Positions 41,569-51,019 of a DNA stretch of 64,000 nucleotides are shown here, piece by piece. Where the stretch lies: the IMG/VR virus record IMGVR_UViG_3300023178_000017, positions 32,001 to 96,000 of that record; one strand, written 5' to 3'. Made by a program: the position numbers and the translations under genes. A model generated the notes under the pieces. That model had not been told where the DNA came from. It worked only from the letters and a program-made list of their open reading frames with translations, and did no database searches. The DNA comes from a virus. Positions within the stretch are counted from its first letter, which is position 1. Each line of letters begins with the position of its first letter.

Positions 41569-43045
41569 CGTTTATTGGTCCTTCATAGTTATCAAGTGCT
41601 TGGATATCTTCTATTTTGTTTTTGTAACTTTCAGGAACTACCATTAGATTCATCATACCTCTATGTTGAGATGGTGTTACATTATGTACTATTTTAGTAA
41701 TTAGATATCTGTTGTCATTTAAAATATTCTTATCGCCAGACACTTTATGTTTAGGTAGAATTAGTGTTACAATCTGTCCTGCCATTATATCAGTTCTCAT
41801 AGGTATAGTTACTGAAATGGCAAATTGAGATAAAAGATTCAACATAGCATTTCTTTCTAAAATTGCATTGTCTCTGAATTCATTTCCAACTGGTTGTGTC
41901 TTTGCTGAATTTGTAGTATCGTCAATTAACTTAGCCTCGTCTGAGTATGCATTTGTAGGATTTACTCTATACTCGATGTGACCACCTGACAAATATGTTT
42001 GATGTAATGGATAGTCAACAAAGATTTCTTGCGCTTCAGCTGTATCACGTGAAACATCTGTACCTTCATGTGTTACTTCAAAATCGCCTGTACGTATCAT
42101 TGCAAATCCTGAAAGATGAGAGTCTTTGTTTTTTTCAAAATTTTCTTTTAGATCAAAATAGTATTCAGCATCAAGTTTTCTGACAGGATCGTATGTTATT
42201 AATTTTGAAGAATATGCGCCGTCCTCTAAACCTCGAAATGTATTTCCGCTCTCTTGTGTATAAAAACTTAATATCTGAGTCGATAATCCTTCTGGACTTT
42301 CTGGTGCGTATTTTTCTTGGTCTATATCTGCGTTTCTAGGATAAAAAGTAAATGGTATCTCTTGTTCAAACTGACCATTTAACATCGAACCTAATGACAT
42401 GAATTTAAAACCGCCATTTAGAGAACTGTATAAGAAACAACTATTTTTGTAAGGTCCTTTTATTTCAGGATCGGCATTGTCTACACAATAATTTATTGTT
42501 TTCATAATAGACCAATTTGTTGGAACTATTTGTTGTACACCTTTTGTTTTTTCCCACCATTCTATTTGATATTGTCTTGGTAGTTTTTCAAATTGAGCAT
42601 CTTTGTTTAAAACCTTCAAAAGTATTTCAGACATTGAACCCCTCAACACTCTATTGATTCTAACTTTTCTACACGTAAATAATTTTGGATCGACAAAATT
42701 TAATACATAAGTTTTAAGTTTTAAATCTACATCGTCTACATCTGATACGCTGAAAACTCTAAAAGTTCTGTAGATAGAGTTCTCTTCTGTTGTGAATCCA
42801 TCATCTGATACAACCGTTTTAACACGGTATTTGATAGTTAAACTTTCTTGACCTGTAATTTTATAATCTTCTAAAATTCCTAAACCATCTGCAACTGAAA
42901 CACGACCAGAGAGAAAAGGACTATCGATAGATTCAAAGATGGTAATATCAGTAACTAAATTTCTGATATCTACTGATTCTTGTTCTTGGTTGGTTAACAT
43001 GACCATTTCGACAGTTAACTCACCTGGTAGGAAGTTTTGGCTCAT
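41561..43045 (-). CDS. Baseplate hub protein (gp27-like)
   Basis: DIRNLV..ITIFESI.SPFLSG...D..G; C-terminal AGQIV.L...YLITKIVH; lies between gp53 and gp5. Confidence 0.65.
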   Translation of the reverse strand: MSQNFLPGELTVEMVMLTNQEQESVDIRNLVTDITIFESIDSPFLSGRVSVADGLGILEDYKITGQESLTIKYRVKTVVSDDGFTTEENSIYRTFRVFSVSDVDDVDLKLKTYVLNFVDPKLFTCRKVRINRVLRGSMSEILLKVLNKDAQFEKLPRQYQIEWWEKTKGVQQIVPTNWSIMKTINYCVDNADPEIKGPYKNSCFLYSSLNGGFKFMSLGSMLNGQFEQEIPFTFYPRNADIDQEKYAPESPEGLSTQILSFYTQESGNTFRGLEDGAYSSKLITYDPVRKLDAEYYFDLKENFEKNKDSHLSGFAMIRTGDFEVTHEGTDVSRDTAEAQEIFVDYPLHQTYLSGGHIEYRVNPTNAYSDEAKLIDDTTNSAKTQPVGNEFRDNAILERNAMLNLLSQFAISVTIPMRTDIMAGQIVTLILPKHKVSGDKNILNDNRYLITKIVHNVTPSQHRGMMNLMVVPESYKNKIEDIQALDNYEGPINDD

Positions 43046-43770
43046 GATGACATTACTTGTTCAAATTTTTTGACTATTCCATTTATTAAACTTGGTTTTA
43101 TAATTTTAATTGTTCTTTTTTCTTCGTTATGCTCATACTCGTGATCATAGTTACTTACAGCAACGTAATCAGTTGTTGGTACATTTGTTCTTGTACCATC
43201 AGCTTTTTTATAATAGCTTGGAGCATCTCTATGATCAATTACACTCTTTGGTGTAAAACTAGCACCAGATATTTTACCTGTTAGCGTTTCAGTTGTAGTG
43301 AATCCTTTTCCATCCACTACGATTTGTTTTTTCTCAGGCATTAAATGTATAATATTGCCTTTACCAGAAATACTGGTGACATCTTCACCTAGTAAAAACT
43401 TGGTGACTGCGCCAGTAGCTGCATTACGTGATACTATATCTGTAGAACTATTGGCTGTTATAACTAGACCATTGTATTTTGTGTTTATATACTTTTCAAA
43501 AGTGGCGTTGTCTTTATGCCAGTCGTAATAGTTCTCAAAGTCATTGACCAAGAAAAATGTCCAATGCAAGTCGCCACTGCCATACAGTTTAGTAGCTAAA
43601 ATATCTGGTCTCTCACCATCAACTATTTCATATTTTGTATATTCAACAATTGCGTTGACTGCTTCTTGTTCTATTTTACTTTTTCTAAAAAAGTCTTTTA
43701 TACGAACAACCTTACCTGAGTCTAAGGTTACTTTGATTTCGGGAAAATTTTTAAAGAATTGTTTTGCCAT
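43042..43770 (-). CDS. gp53: Baseplate wedge protein
   Basis: FFKNFPEI...YEIVDGERPDILA.KLYG...LHW...N...YEYEHNEEKR.IKI. Confidence 0.9.
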   Translation of the reverse strand: MAKQFFKNFPEIKVTLDSGKVVRIKDFFRKSKIEQEAVNAIVEYTKYEIVDGERPDILATKLYGSGDLHWTFFLVNDFENYYDWHKDNATFEKYINTKYNGLVITANSSTDIVSRNAATGAVTKFLLGEDVTSISGKGNIIHLMPEKKQIVVDGKGFTTTETLTGKISGASFTPKSVIDHRDAPSYYKKADGTRTNVPTTDYVAVSNYDHEYEHNEEKRTIKIIKPSLINGIVKKFEQVMSS

Positions 43771-43775
43771 AATTA

Positions 43776-44900
43776 TTATCCGTTAGGGTCTGGTGCAAGG
43801 TCTGTCTCTGTATCTCTTATAGAATCTTTTAGTAGTCGGCCGCCACCGCCTGCTCTAACTACATTGTAATTCTGTTGATGTAAAATTCTAATTTCTTGAA
43901 ACTGAAGTGTTAAAGTGGTTTTGATTGGCATACCGTCTTCATATGCAGAAAACTTTTGACCGCCAGTATGATCTACCTGTGCGTTTGTACAAACTGATGG
44001 TAAAAATCCGTCAATTTGATCGCCAAGAGGACCACTAAAACTTATATCAAACACATTAGGATAATTAAAGAAATTTCCTTCTTCATCAACATTTAGACCT
44101 GCTTTTTTTGCATCTTCCTGTTCTTTATCACCAGCAAAGAGTTTTCCTGTTGTTACAGCTGGTAACATTGCATATCTAAACGTTGTAATAATTTCTTTTA
44201 CTTGACTTGCTTCTTCTTCTGATCTTGGTAAGAAGTCAAATGTAAAATCCCATGTTCTAAAACCTAGACCTTGTAGTAACAATTCTTTTTGAGGATTTGA
44301 TGCTCGACCTTGTTTTAAATTTGTAAGTCCACCTGACAACTCATTCAACATATTGATGGCAAACTCTTTACCTACTTTCATACCTTGATCTTTCATAGTA
44401 CCTAAAAGGTCGCCTGAACCAAAGGCGTCTGCTATTTTAGAAATTGCTCTTTGAAATGTTCCTATGCCTTCTTCTGAGTACTGTACAGCTGCTTGTGAAA
44501 TTAAAGTATCTGGTATATACAAAGCAATTTCATCTGGCATTGTAAACTTAGTTTCTTCATCACCAATATTAACTCTTGTATCGGCACCATCTTGTCTTGG
44601 TCTAATATCAAAGACTAAGTAGTTAGCTAACTCATCATGATAAGGATAGACCAAACCTTTCTCCGCCATTTTAGGTGCTTGTTTAGCGTCTGTATTGGCT
44701 AATGCAACTCCAGACAAAGATTTTTCAAGACTTGTTCTTCTTTTATTGATTCTGTTTTCTGCTTCTTCAACTTGATCTGCTAATTGATCAATAGCAGTGT
44801 TATAGTTGATAGCTTGTATTTTAGCTGCTACCCCTTTTAAAGAGTTTATTGAACCTTGAATCTTATTGAATTTTTTGATGAGTTTATCGATATATGCCAT
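43776..44900 (-). CDS. gp48: Baseplate tail-tube cap
   Basis: IALYIP...NP..ELL.QG..FRTWDFTFDFLPRS.EEA..V..II..F...YP..F.I...LTLQFQE. Confidence 0.82.
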   Translation of the reverse strand: MAYIDKLIKKFNKIQGSINSLKGVAAKIQAINYNTAIDQLADQVEEAENRINKRRTSLEKSLSGVALANTDAKQAPKMAEKGLVYPYHDELANYLVFDIRPRQDGADTRVNIGDEETKFTMPDEIALYIPDTLISQAAVQYSEEGIGTFQRAISKIADAFGSGDLLGTMKDQGMKVGKEFAINMLNELSGGLTNLKQGRASNPQKELLLQGLGFRTWDFTFDFLPRSEEEASQVKEIITTFRYAMLPAVTTGKLFAGDKEQEDAKKAGLNVDEEGNFFNYPNVFDISFSGPLGDQIDGFLPSVCTNAQVDHTGGQKFSAYEDGMPIKTTLTLQFQEIRILHQQNYNVVRAGGGGRLLKDSIRDTETDLAPDPNG

Positions 44901-44904
44901 GTGT

Positions 44905-44938
44905 TATAAATACCTTGAAAGTCTTTTAGTTATTTATG
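44905..44938. promoter_or_regulatory. Face-to-face late promoters for the divergent gp4 (+) and gp48 (-) operons
   Basis: TATAAATA on + at 44905-44912; CATAAATA on - at 44931-44938. Confidence 0.6.
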
Positions 44939-45388
44939 TCAAAAAAACCATATAGTGGAAGGTTTAAACCCAAGAACTATAAAAAATATAAGGGTGATCC
45001 AACAAGGATATTTTATCGATCTCTATTAGAGAGACGATTCATGGTCTATTGTGATAACAATGAAAGTATCATTGAATGGGGTAGTGAAGAACTTATCATA
45101 CCTTATAGATCACCTTTAGACAAAAGAGTACATAGATATTTTCCAGACTTTTATATTAAGTATGTGAATAAACATGGTCAAGTGATAAGAGAAATCATAG
45201 AAGTTAAACCGCACAAACAATTGTTTCCACCAAAAGAACCTACTAGACGTACTAAACGATATTTAACAGAAGTAAACACATACATAATAAATCAGGCGAA
45301 ATTTAAAGCAGCTCAAGAATACTGCGATGACAGAAAGTTGAATTTCAGAATACTAACAGAAAGGGAGATTTTACCTAAAAACAAATGA
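44936..45388 (+). CDS. gp4: Head completion nuclease (TnsA-like)
   Basis: YSGRFKPKNYKKYKGDP..I.YRS..E..FM..CD...WGSEE..IPY...HRYFPDF...IEVKP...NQAK. Confidence 0.92.
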   Translation: MSKKPYSGRFKPKNYKKYKGDPTRIFYRSLLERRFMVYCDNNESIIEWGSEELIIPYRSPLDKRVHRYFPDFYIKYVNKHGQVIREIIEVKPHKQLFPPKEPTRRTKRYLTEVNTYIINQAKFKAAQEYCDDRKLNFRILTEREILPKNK

Positions 45389-45987
45389 AGAAGCTTTACG
45401 TTTTTGATTTAGACGGCGTCTTAATCGATTCTCTACCAAATATGAAACTATCGTGGGGTATTGTACAATTAAACCACAGAATAGAAATTCAATTCGAAGA
45501 ATATGCCAAACATATTGGTAAACCATTTAATGATATACTAGAAGAAATTGGTATACACCATGATCACGTTAGTATTAAAAAGACTTACGATGAAATGTCT
45601 AACACTATGTTAGATAAAATAGAAATATATCCAAAAACATTCGAAGTATTAGAAGAACTAAAAAACAGAGGTTGTAAGATTGCAATCTGCACATCTAAAG
45701 ATGGCGTTAGAGCAAAAACAGTATTAGAGTCATTAGGATTTCCTGAGTTTGACTTTATCTGTTCACCTAAAAAAGGCCTCAGAGGAAAACCTTCTCCTGA
45801 TCAACTACTAAATACTATTGCATTTTGTAATATCGATCCCAAAGATACAGTTTACATCGGCGATATGCAAAGTGATTGCGAATGTGCTCAGAGAGCAGGC
45901 GTAGATTTTATACATGCAAATTATGGATATGGACAAGTGAAATGCGAAGTCTCAGTGAACCAAATAGAACAACTCCTCTCACTGTAG
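45385..45987 (+). CDS. HAD-superfamily phosphatase (Gph-like)
   Basis: FDLDGVLIDS; CTSK; KPSPD; YIGDM.SD. Confidence 0.9.
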   Translation: MKKLYVFDLDGVLIDSLPNMKLSWGIVQLNHRIEIQFEEYAKHIGKPFNDILEEIGIHHDHVSIKKTYDEMSNTMLDKIEIYPKTFEVLEELKNRGCKIAICTSKDGVRAKTVLESLGFPEFDFICSPKKGLRGKPSPDQLLNTIAFCNIDPKDTVYIGDMQSDCECAQRAGVDFIHANYGYGQVKCEVSVNQIEQLLSL

Positions 45988-46694
45988 GGTTTATACCTGC
46001 AAGGTGGCACTCGACTCGTTTTGAGGGTAAACCTCTAGCACTCATCAATGGCGTACCAATGATTCAAAGAGTCTTTGATCGGGCTTGCATGTCAAAAAGA
46101 CTTGACACTATTGTTGTACTAACAGACGATGAACGTATTAGTCAATACTGTTCAATCAAAGGTATTCGTTGTATCGTTGTTAATGAAGAATGCAAGACTG
46201 GTACAGACAGGTGTTCAAAAGTCTTAGAGTTAGTAGACGGTACACATTTTGTAAATATACAAGGTGATGAACCTTTGATCAATCCAGATGCGATTGATAA
46301 ATTAATAGACTCACACGATGACAATATTGGAGTAACAAATGCTTATGTCGAAGTTAAAGATGATTACAAACTTCACGATAGAAACGTTGTTAAGACTGTT
46401 CTTGGTCTTAATGATACTGCCATTTATTACTCTCGCTATGGTATACCGTTTACTCAAAAAGTAGAAGTGCCATTCAATCAACAACTAGGACTGTATATGT
46501 TCAGTAGAGAAAAATTGGAAATGTTTCCAAAATTGAAAGTTGGTCCATTAGAAAGTGCTGAATCTGTAGAGATGTTAAGATTCTTAGAAAATGGTTATGA
46601 TGTAAAAATGGTCAAAGTCGATGATGAGGGTTTATCAGTAGACACACCAGAAGATTTAACAAGAGTGGAGAAATTTATAAATGCGTTTAATTGA
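45942..46694 (+). CDS. kdsB: CMP-KDO synthetase-like cytidylyltransferase (start placed at 45942; track start 45876)
   Basis: IPARWHSTRFEGKPLA.I.G.PMI...TGTDR...VNIQGDEP...VVK...YYSR..IP...GLY...LE..ES.E.LR.LENG...SVDTPEDL. Confidence 0.85.
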   Translation: MRSLSEPNRTTPLTVGFIPARWHSTRFEGKPLALINGVPMIQRVFDRACMSKRLDTIVVLTDDERISQYCSIKGIRCIVVNEECKTGTDRCSKVLELVDGTHFVNIQGDEPLINPDAIDKLIDSHDDNIGVTNAYVEVKDDYKLHDRNVVKTVLGLNDTAIYYSRYGIPFTQKVEVPFNQQLGLYMFSREKLEMFPKLKVGPLESAESVEMLRFLENGYDVKMVKVDDEGLSVDTPEDLTRVEKFINAFN

Positions 46695-47550
46695 TGATGT
46701 AGTAGAAACAGGTATTAGCAAACACGAGAAGTTTAAACACTTCTTTTTAGCTAACGATGATCAACAAGGAACTATTCTTAATGAAATGAAAGAATGTTTC
46801 GAATGGATTTGTGAAAACAGACGTAAACCATATCTAACAACTTATGGTGAACTTAAAGATAAACATCTGGTTGGTGCAGGTAATTATAACTACAGTCATT
46901 TAGTAGACTACGCTACTTATCTAATTAAGGGTATCGTATCAGACGTACCTAATTTAACAAAAGAAAACGGTCACTTGTTAGAAGGAGAATTCTACAATCA
47001 CTTCTATCATGCTTGTAAGATATCTTGGTTGATCAGCCAAGAACGAACAGTAGGTCTTTACTCAACATTACAAAGTAAAATGACAAAAGAAAACCAAATC
47101 TTTTTCCATCCAGGTATGTCACGTGTTCATGCTTATTTACAAATGGAAGCATTAGACAAAAAGGTCATCGTTTGGGACAATTACAACAAATTTGATACTG
47201 AACCTTTATCATTCGATCAATGGATGGATGTGTTCTCTAATACGCAACGTGATAAGTTTGGTGCAAATGTTGATGGTGAAATTTTAGAAATGCATGTAGG
47301 CGAAGAAAGAAGCGATCTTATCGCAACGATGTCATCGATGAGAGATATGTACAAAAGAGAGTTGCCTGTTTTGAAAGGCAAGTGTGATGATGAAATAACA
47401 GAATACTTTAGAACAGAAGGAGAAGGCGTAACCGTAGAAACGAAGAACGATTACGTATTTCAGAAGCAAGATTTGAGATACTTCTTAGAGTTATTTCCAG
47501 CAACACAACATATCGTAGAACATGAGTCGTTTACCATCAGAAGAGATTAG
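46681..47550 (+). CDS. Hypothetical protein with ParB/Srx-like HPGxxR domain
   Basis: YHACKISWLI....GLYS.LQ...FHPGMSR...VIVWDN...LEMH; paralog of the next gene and of the 7277-8881 N-domain. Confidence 0.7.
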   Translation: MRLIDDVVETGISKHEKFKHFFLANDDQQGTILNEMKECFEWICENRRKPYLTTYGELKDKHLVGAGNYNYSHLVDYATYLIKGIVSDVPNLTKENGHLLEGEFYNHFYHACKISWLISQERTVGLYSTLQSKMTKENQIFFHPGMSRVHAYLQMEALDKKVIVWDNYNKFDTEPLSFDQWMDVFSNTQRDKFGANVDGEILEMHVGEERSDLIATMSSMRDMYKRELPVLKGKCDDEITEYFRTEGEGVTVETKNDYVFQKQDLRYFLELFPATQHIVEHESFTIRRD

Positions 47551-48364
47551 AACTGACTATCATATTCATGATGTCGACCTAGAAGAAGCATTTTACAATT
47601 GTATCAGTGTACCAAGACTCTGTACTTATAGAGATTTAAGTGATTGGGGATTTGGTATAAGAGATTACACTGATCATAATCTATGTTTATTTGTCGAAGC
47701 ACTTCTACGAGACATAGAAAACGAATGGGAACCTGGCGATCTCATATCCGCAAAACAAAATCAGACCAAAGCATTTCACGCACTTAAGATCGGTTATCTA
47801 ATTAACGAAATAAAGACAACTGGACTCTATTCGCCTATTCAAGGGTTGTACAAACGGCCTTTTACGCACTTCAAAGCACCTAAGTTGCCATCAACACAAG
47901 GAATTTACATACATCCAGGAACTGCTCGAGTATATGCAATCCGGCAGACACGTAAGTTTGACGAACCTGTGATCATTTGGGATAATACAGGTGAATTTTC
48001 ACGTTTTAAAGAGTTAAATTTCAATGAATGGTTGAGTATGTTTAAAACGGAAAGTCTAGCAAGAAATATTTCTAATATTATCATCGAAATGCACGCTGAT
48101 GAGTCAATTAGGGGTATTTTAGACACTTCCAAAGAAATTCGAGACTCCTATTTGCGTTCCAAGCCGATCCTTAGGGGTGACGTGAGATATAACATTCGTG
48201 AATTATTCGACCTCTCAGGCGAGACAGGAGGCGTTGTAGTCGAAACAAAGGGTACATACGTCTTTAGTTTTGAAGATTTACGTTACTTTTTAGAATTACA
48301 CCCCCAAAACAATAGAATAATAGACACGGAAAATTTTACGATCAGCATAAATAATAGCAAATGA
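47522..48364 (+). CDS. Hypothetical protein with ParB/Srx-like HPGxxR domain
   Basis: FHALKIGYLINEI...GLYSPIQG...IHPGTAR...VIIWDN...IEMH; C-terminus VETK..YVF...DLRYFLEL.P shared with the previous gene. Confidence 0.7.
   Translation: MSRLPSEEIRTDYHIHDVDLEEAFYNCISVPRLCTYRDLSDWGFGIRDYTDHNLCLFVEALLRDIENEWEPGDLISAKQNQTKAFHALKIGYLINEIKTTGLYSPIQGLYKRPFTHFKAPKLPSTQGIYIHPGTARVYAIRQTRKFDEPVIIWDNTGEFSRFKELNFNEWLSMFKTESLARNISNIIIEMHADESIRGILDTSKEIRDSYLRSKPILRGDVRYNIRELFDLSGETGGVVVETKGTYVFSFEDLRYFLELHPQNNRIIDTENFTISINNSK
48346..48353 (+). promoter_or_regulatory. Late-type promoter (CATAAATA) for gp2
   Basis: One mismatch from consensus, 7 nt before the ATG. Confidence 0.5.
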
Positions 48365-48957
48365 GTCTATTAAAGAGATTAGCTGAAGAAACACCTAGCG
48401 GATTGCGAAGACGATCAGCTGATGCCATGAAATGGCTGACGAAACGAATTCGAAGACTAAAAATATCCTCAGATAGATTCTATACGAACACACGTCAAGG
48501 GACACAAAAAACTGCTAGACTTCTTGACGGTAGAATGTACTGTTTCTTTTACATAGCAAAGTATGAAGAAGTATTGCCTTACTATGATACTTTTCCATGC
48601 GTATTGATGATAGAGATGAACTATGCAAATAAGACTTTTCTAGGTTTAAACTTGCATTACATACCACCTCGTTATCGTGCTAGATTGTTAGATGAATTAT
48701 TCAAGTATACTAACAATCAAAACTACGATGAAACAACTCGTATACGTATGACTTATAAAATATTAAGTAGCGTCACACGTATGAAATATTTCAAACCTTG
48801 TTTAAAGAAATATAGGATGGACCATATTCAAGGCACAGCAATGGAAATTCTGCCTGAATATTGGGACATAGTTGCAATGTTACCACTTGCACAATTCGAA
48901 AAAGATACAGTCACAAAAGTTTATGCAGACAGTTTAAAGGTATTAACATCATCATAG
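48361..48957 (+). CDS. gp2: DNA end protector protein
   Basis: GRMY.F.Y.AK....LPYYD.FP...FLGLNLHYIPP..R..LL...KPCLKKY. Confidence 0.9.
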   Translation: MSLLKRLAEETPSGLRRRSADAMKWLTKRIRRLKISSDRFYTNTRQGTQKTARLLDGRMYCFFYIAKYEEVLPYYDTFPCVLMIEMNYANKTFLGLNLHYIPPRYRARLLDELFKYTNNQNYDETTRIRMTYKILSSVTRMKYFKPCLKKYRMDHIQGTAMEILPEYWDIVAMLPLAQFEKDTVTKVYADSLKVLTSS

Positions 48958-48965
48958 GATAAAAA

Positions 48966-49712
48966 ATGGCAGAAGATTACAATGTAGACAAATACGGAGA
49001 AACCGTAACTACAGCTAAGAAACGAAGAAAACAAAGAGAAGAATTAAACATAGATCGTCTTAGATTTAATTTTGATCAAGGTGCTAGATCAAATAGATTT
49101 CTTGTAAATCTATTTTTACCTGAAAAATTATCAGGTTTTAAGTTCGAAGGTATTAGATGTATCAGCGCCACATTGCCTGGTAGAACATTAGAAACAACAG
49201 AGTTTTCAGAATATGGCGCAACAAGAAAGATGCCATTTCAAACACAACATGACGAAGCTACATTTACATTTTTATGTGACTCAACGTTTGCAGATAGATT
49301 TATAATAGATGCTTGGCAATCCATAGTCTACACAGGTTCAGAAAGTACAGGCAATTCTGCAATGCCTATTTTCTCTTACTATAATGATTATGTTGGCCAA
49401 GTAGAAATTACACAATTAACAAGAAAAGGAGATAGTGCTTTAAAATATACATTGTACGAAGCATATCCCGTAGCATTTGCAGCTCAAGAATTATCTTGGG
49501 AATCTACAGATGAAATTATGAAATTTGAATGCACTATTGCTTACAGAACGTTTGATGTTTCATATGAAAAACCGTCAAACGTTAGCGGTCTAAATAGAGG
49601 AATAAGAGGCATTAGTGCTTTAAGAGATTTACTCGGAGTTTTTGGTAATAAGAGTAAGACTTTAAATAGATTTGAAAATAGACTGAGAGACTTAAGTGGT
49701 CTCTTTGGTTAA
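48966..49712 (+). CDS. gp54: Tail-tube-like baseplate protein (gp54/gp19 fold)
   Basis: ARSNRFLV...SATLPGR...TFLCD...WQ...DY.G.VEI.QL...L.EAYP...LSW...FECTIAYR. Confidence 0.72.
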   Translation: MAEDYNVDKYGETVTTAKKRRKQREELNIDRLRFNFDQGARSNRFLVNLFLPEKLSGFKFEGIRCISATLPGRTLETTEFSEYGATRKMPFQTQHDEATFTFLCDSTFADRFIIDAWQSIVYTGSESTGNSAMPIFSYYNDYVGQVEITQLTRKGDSALKYTLYEAYPVAFAAQELSWESTDEIMKFECTIAYRTFDVSYEKPSNVSGLNRGIRGISALRDLLGVFGNKSKTLNRFENRLRDLSGLFG

Positions 49713-49726
49713 TTAGGAGATAAATT

Positions 49727-50434
49727 ATGGAATTACCAATACAGGCGGCGCCTAAGTTTACGACTACACTGCCTATTAGTCAACAAGAAGTGACTTACAG
49801 ACCATTTCTTGTTAAAGAACAAAGAAATTTGTTATTGGCAAAAGAAAGTGATAGTCAAAAAGAAATATTTAAGGCGCTAGAAGGAATAGTTACATCTGTT
49901 TCAGACGGTTCTGTTGATGTCAAAGAGTTAACAACAACAGATATAGAATATTTGTTTTTACAAATAAGAACAAAGTCTATCGGTGAAACGGCTAGTGTAA
50001 CATTCAATTGTGTAGAAGATGAATGCGATGGCGAGATACCATCAAAGTTAAATCTTTTAGACGTAGAAGTTGTAGGCAACTACAAGGCAGAAGATAGAGT
50101 TCAACTCACAGAAGAATTGTTTGTTGATTTAAAATATCCATCTGCCCAGCAGTTAATCGACATCACTGATACAAAAGATGAAGAACTGCAAAACAAAAAA
50201 ATGATGAGGATGTCCATGAGACGAATTATCGACAGCGAGAATGTTTATGAATTAGATGAATATCCTGATTCAGAAATAGACAAGTTTGTAGATAGTTTAA
50301 CTGTAGACCAATTTAGTAAAATTACTAAATTCTATGAAGACATTCCAACATTGTCGCTTACAACAAAAACTGTCTGCCCTAAATGTAAGGATGAAAGAGT
50401 TAGACAGATTAAAGGCTTACAGAATTTTTTTTAG
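49727..50434 (+). CDS. gp26: Baseplate hub assembly protein
   Basis: LP....P.....LP.....V.YRPFLVKE...LL.A...DIEYLFLQIR.KSIGE...KYP...CPKC...GLQNFF. Confidence 0.9.
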   Translation: MELPIQAAPKFTTTLPISQQEVTYRPFLVKEQRNLLLAKESDSQKEIFKALEGIVTSVSDGSVDVKELTTTDIEYLFLQIRTKSIGETASVTFNCVEDECDGEIPSKLNLLDVEVVGNYKAEDRVQLTEELFVDLKYPSAQQLIDITDTKDEELQNKKMMRMSMRRIIDSENVYELDEYPDSEIDKFVDSLTVDQFSKITKFYEDIPTLSLTTKTVCPKCKDERVRQIKGLQNFF

Positions 50435-50631
50435 TAGCCCTTTCACATGATAACTTTATAAGTTATTATAAAACAAACTTTACTTTGATGCAGTATCATA
50501 AGTACAGTTTAACAGAACTTGAGAATATGATTCCATGGGAAAGGGAAATTTACCTAAATCTTCTGAAAGAACACATTGAAAAAGAAAACGAGAGAATGAG
50601 ACAGGCGAATAGTAAACGTAAAAGGAATTAA
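50431..50631 (+). CDS. gp51: gp51-like hub assembly protein in the -1 frame of gp26 (first ATG only at 50488)
   Basis: Hand translation LVALSHDNFISYYKTNFTLMQYHKYSLTELENMIPWEREIYLNLLKEHIEKENERMRQANSKRKRN*; absent from ORF track. Confidence 0.8.
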   Translation, partial: LVALSHDNFISYYKTNFTLMQYHKYSLTELENMIPWEREIYLNLLKEHIEKENERMRQANSKRKRN

Positions 50632-50632
50632 A

Positions 50633-51016
50633 ATGAGCGAAGTAGACAACAGAAACGAAGTCAACATTGATCTCGAAAAGTATACTGATCTAATGTTAAA
50701 GTTAGATGATGCTAACGACAAGATCAAAGAAATGGAAGAGATAACCAAAGACCTCAAAAAGGCAGCTATCGAAGCAAAGCCTAAAGAGAAGTTTTCACTT
50801 GGTGCTCTTTTCATGGATGACAATGCAATTAACGAAAAATCAATTATAGGTTTCATATCATTTGCAATGATGGTTGCTTTTGGTATTGTTGACCTAATCA
50901 CAGGTCTTAATGGCGTAGACTTAGTAATATCAGACACAATCTACACATCATTTGTTGTGGTAACATTAGGGTCATTTGGTATTGCAGAAGCTGGTAAAGC
51001 ATTCGGGAAGCAATAA
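50633..51016 (+). CDS. Membrane protein with coiled coil and two TM helices
   Basis: IIGFISFAMMVAFGIVDLI and IYTSFVVVTLGSFGI hydrophobic segments. Confidence 0.65.
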   Translation: MSEVDNRNEVNIDLEKYTDLMLKLDDANDKIKEMEEITKDLKKAAIEAKPKEKFSLGALFMDDNAINEKSIIGFISFAMMVAFGIVDLITGLNGVDLVISDTIYTSFVVVTLGSFGIAEAGKAFGKQ

Positions 51017-51019
51017 TAA

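Noticed and set aside
44936-45388. TnsA transposase or homing endonuclease
   Set aside because: Sequence and position fit the core gp4 head-completion protein.
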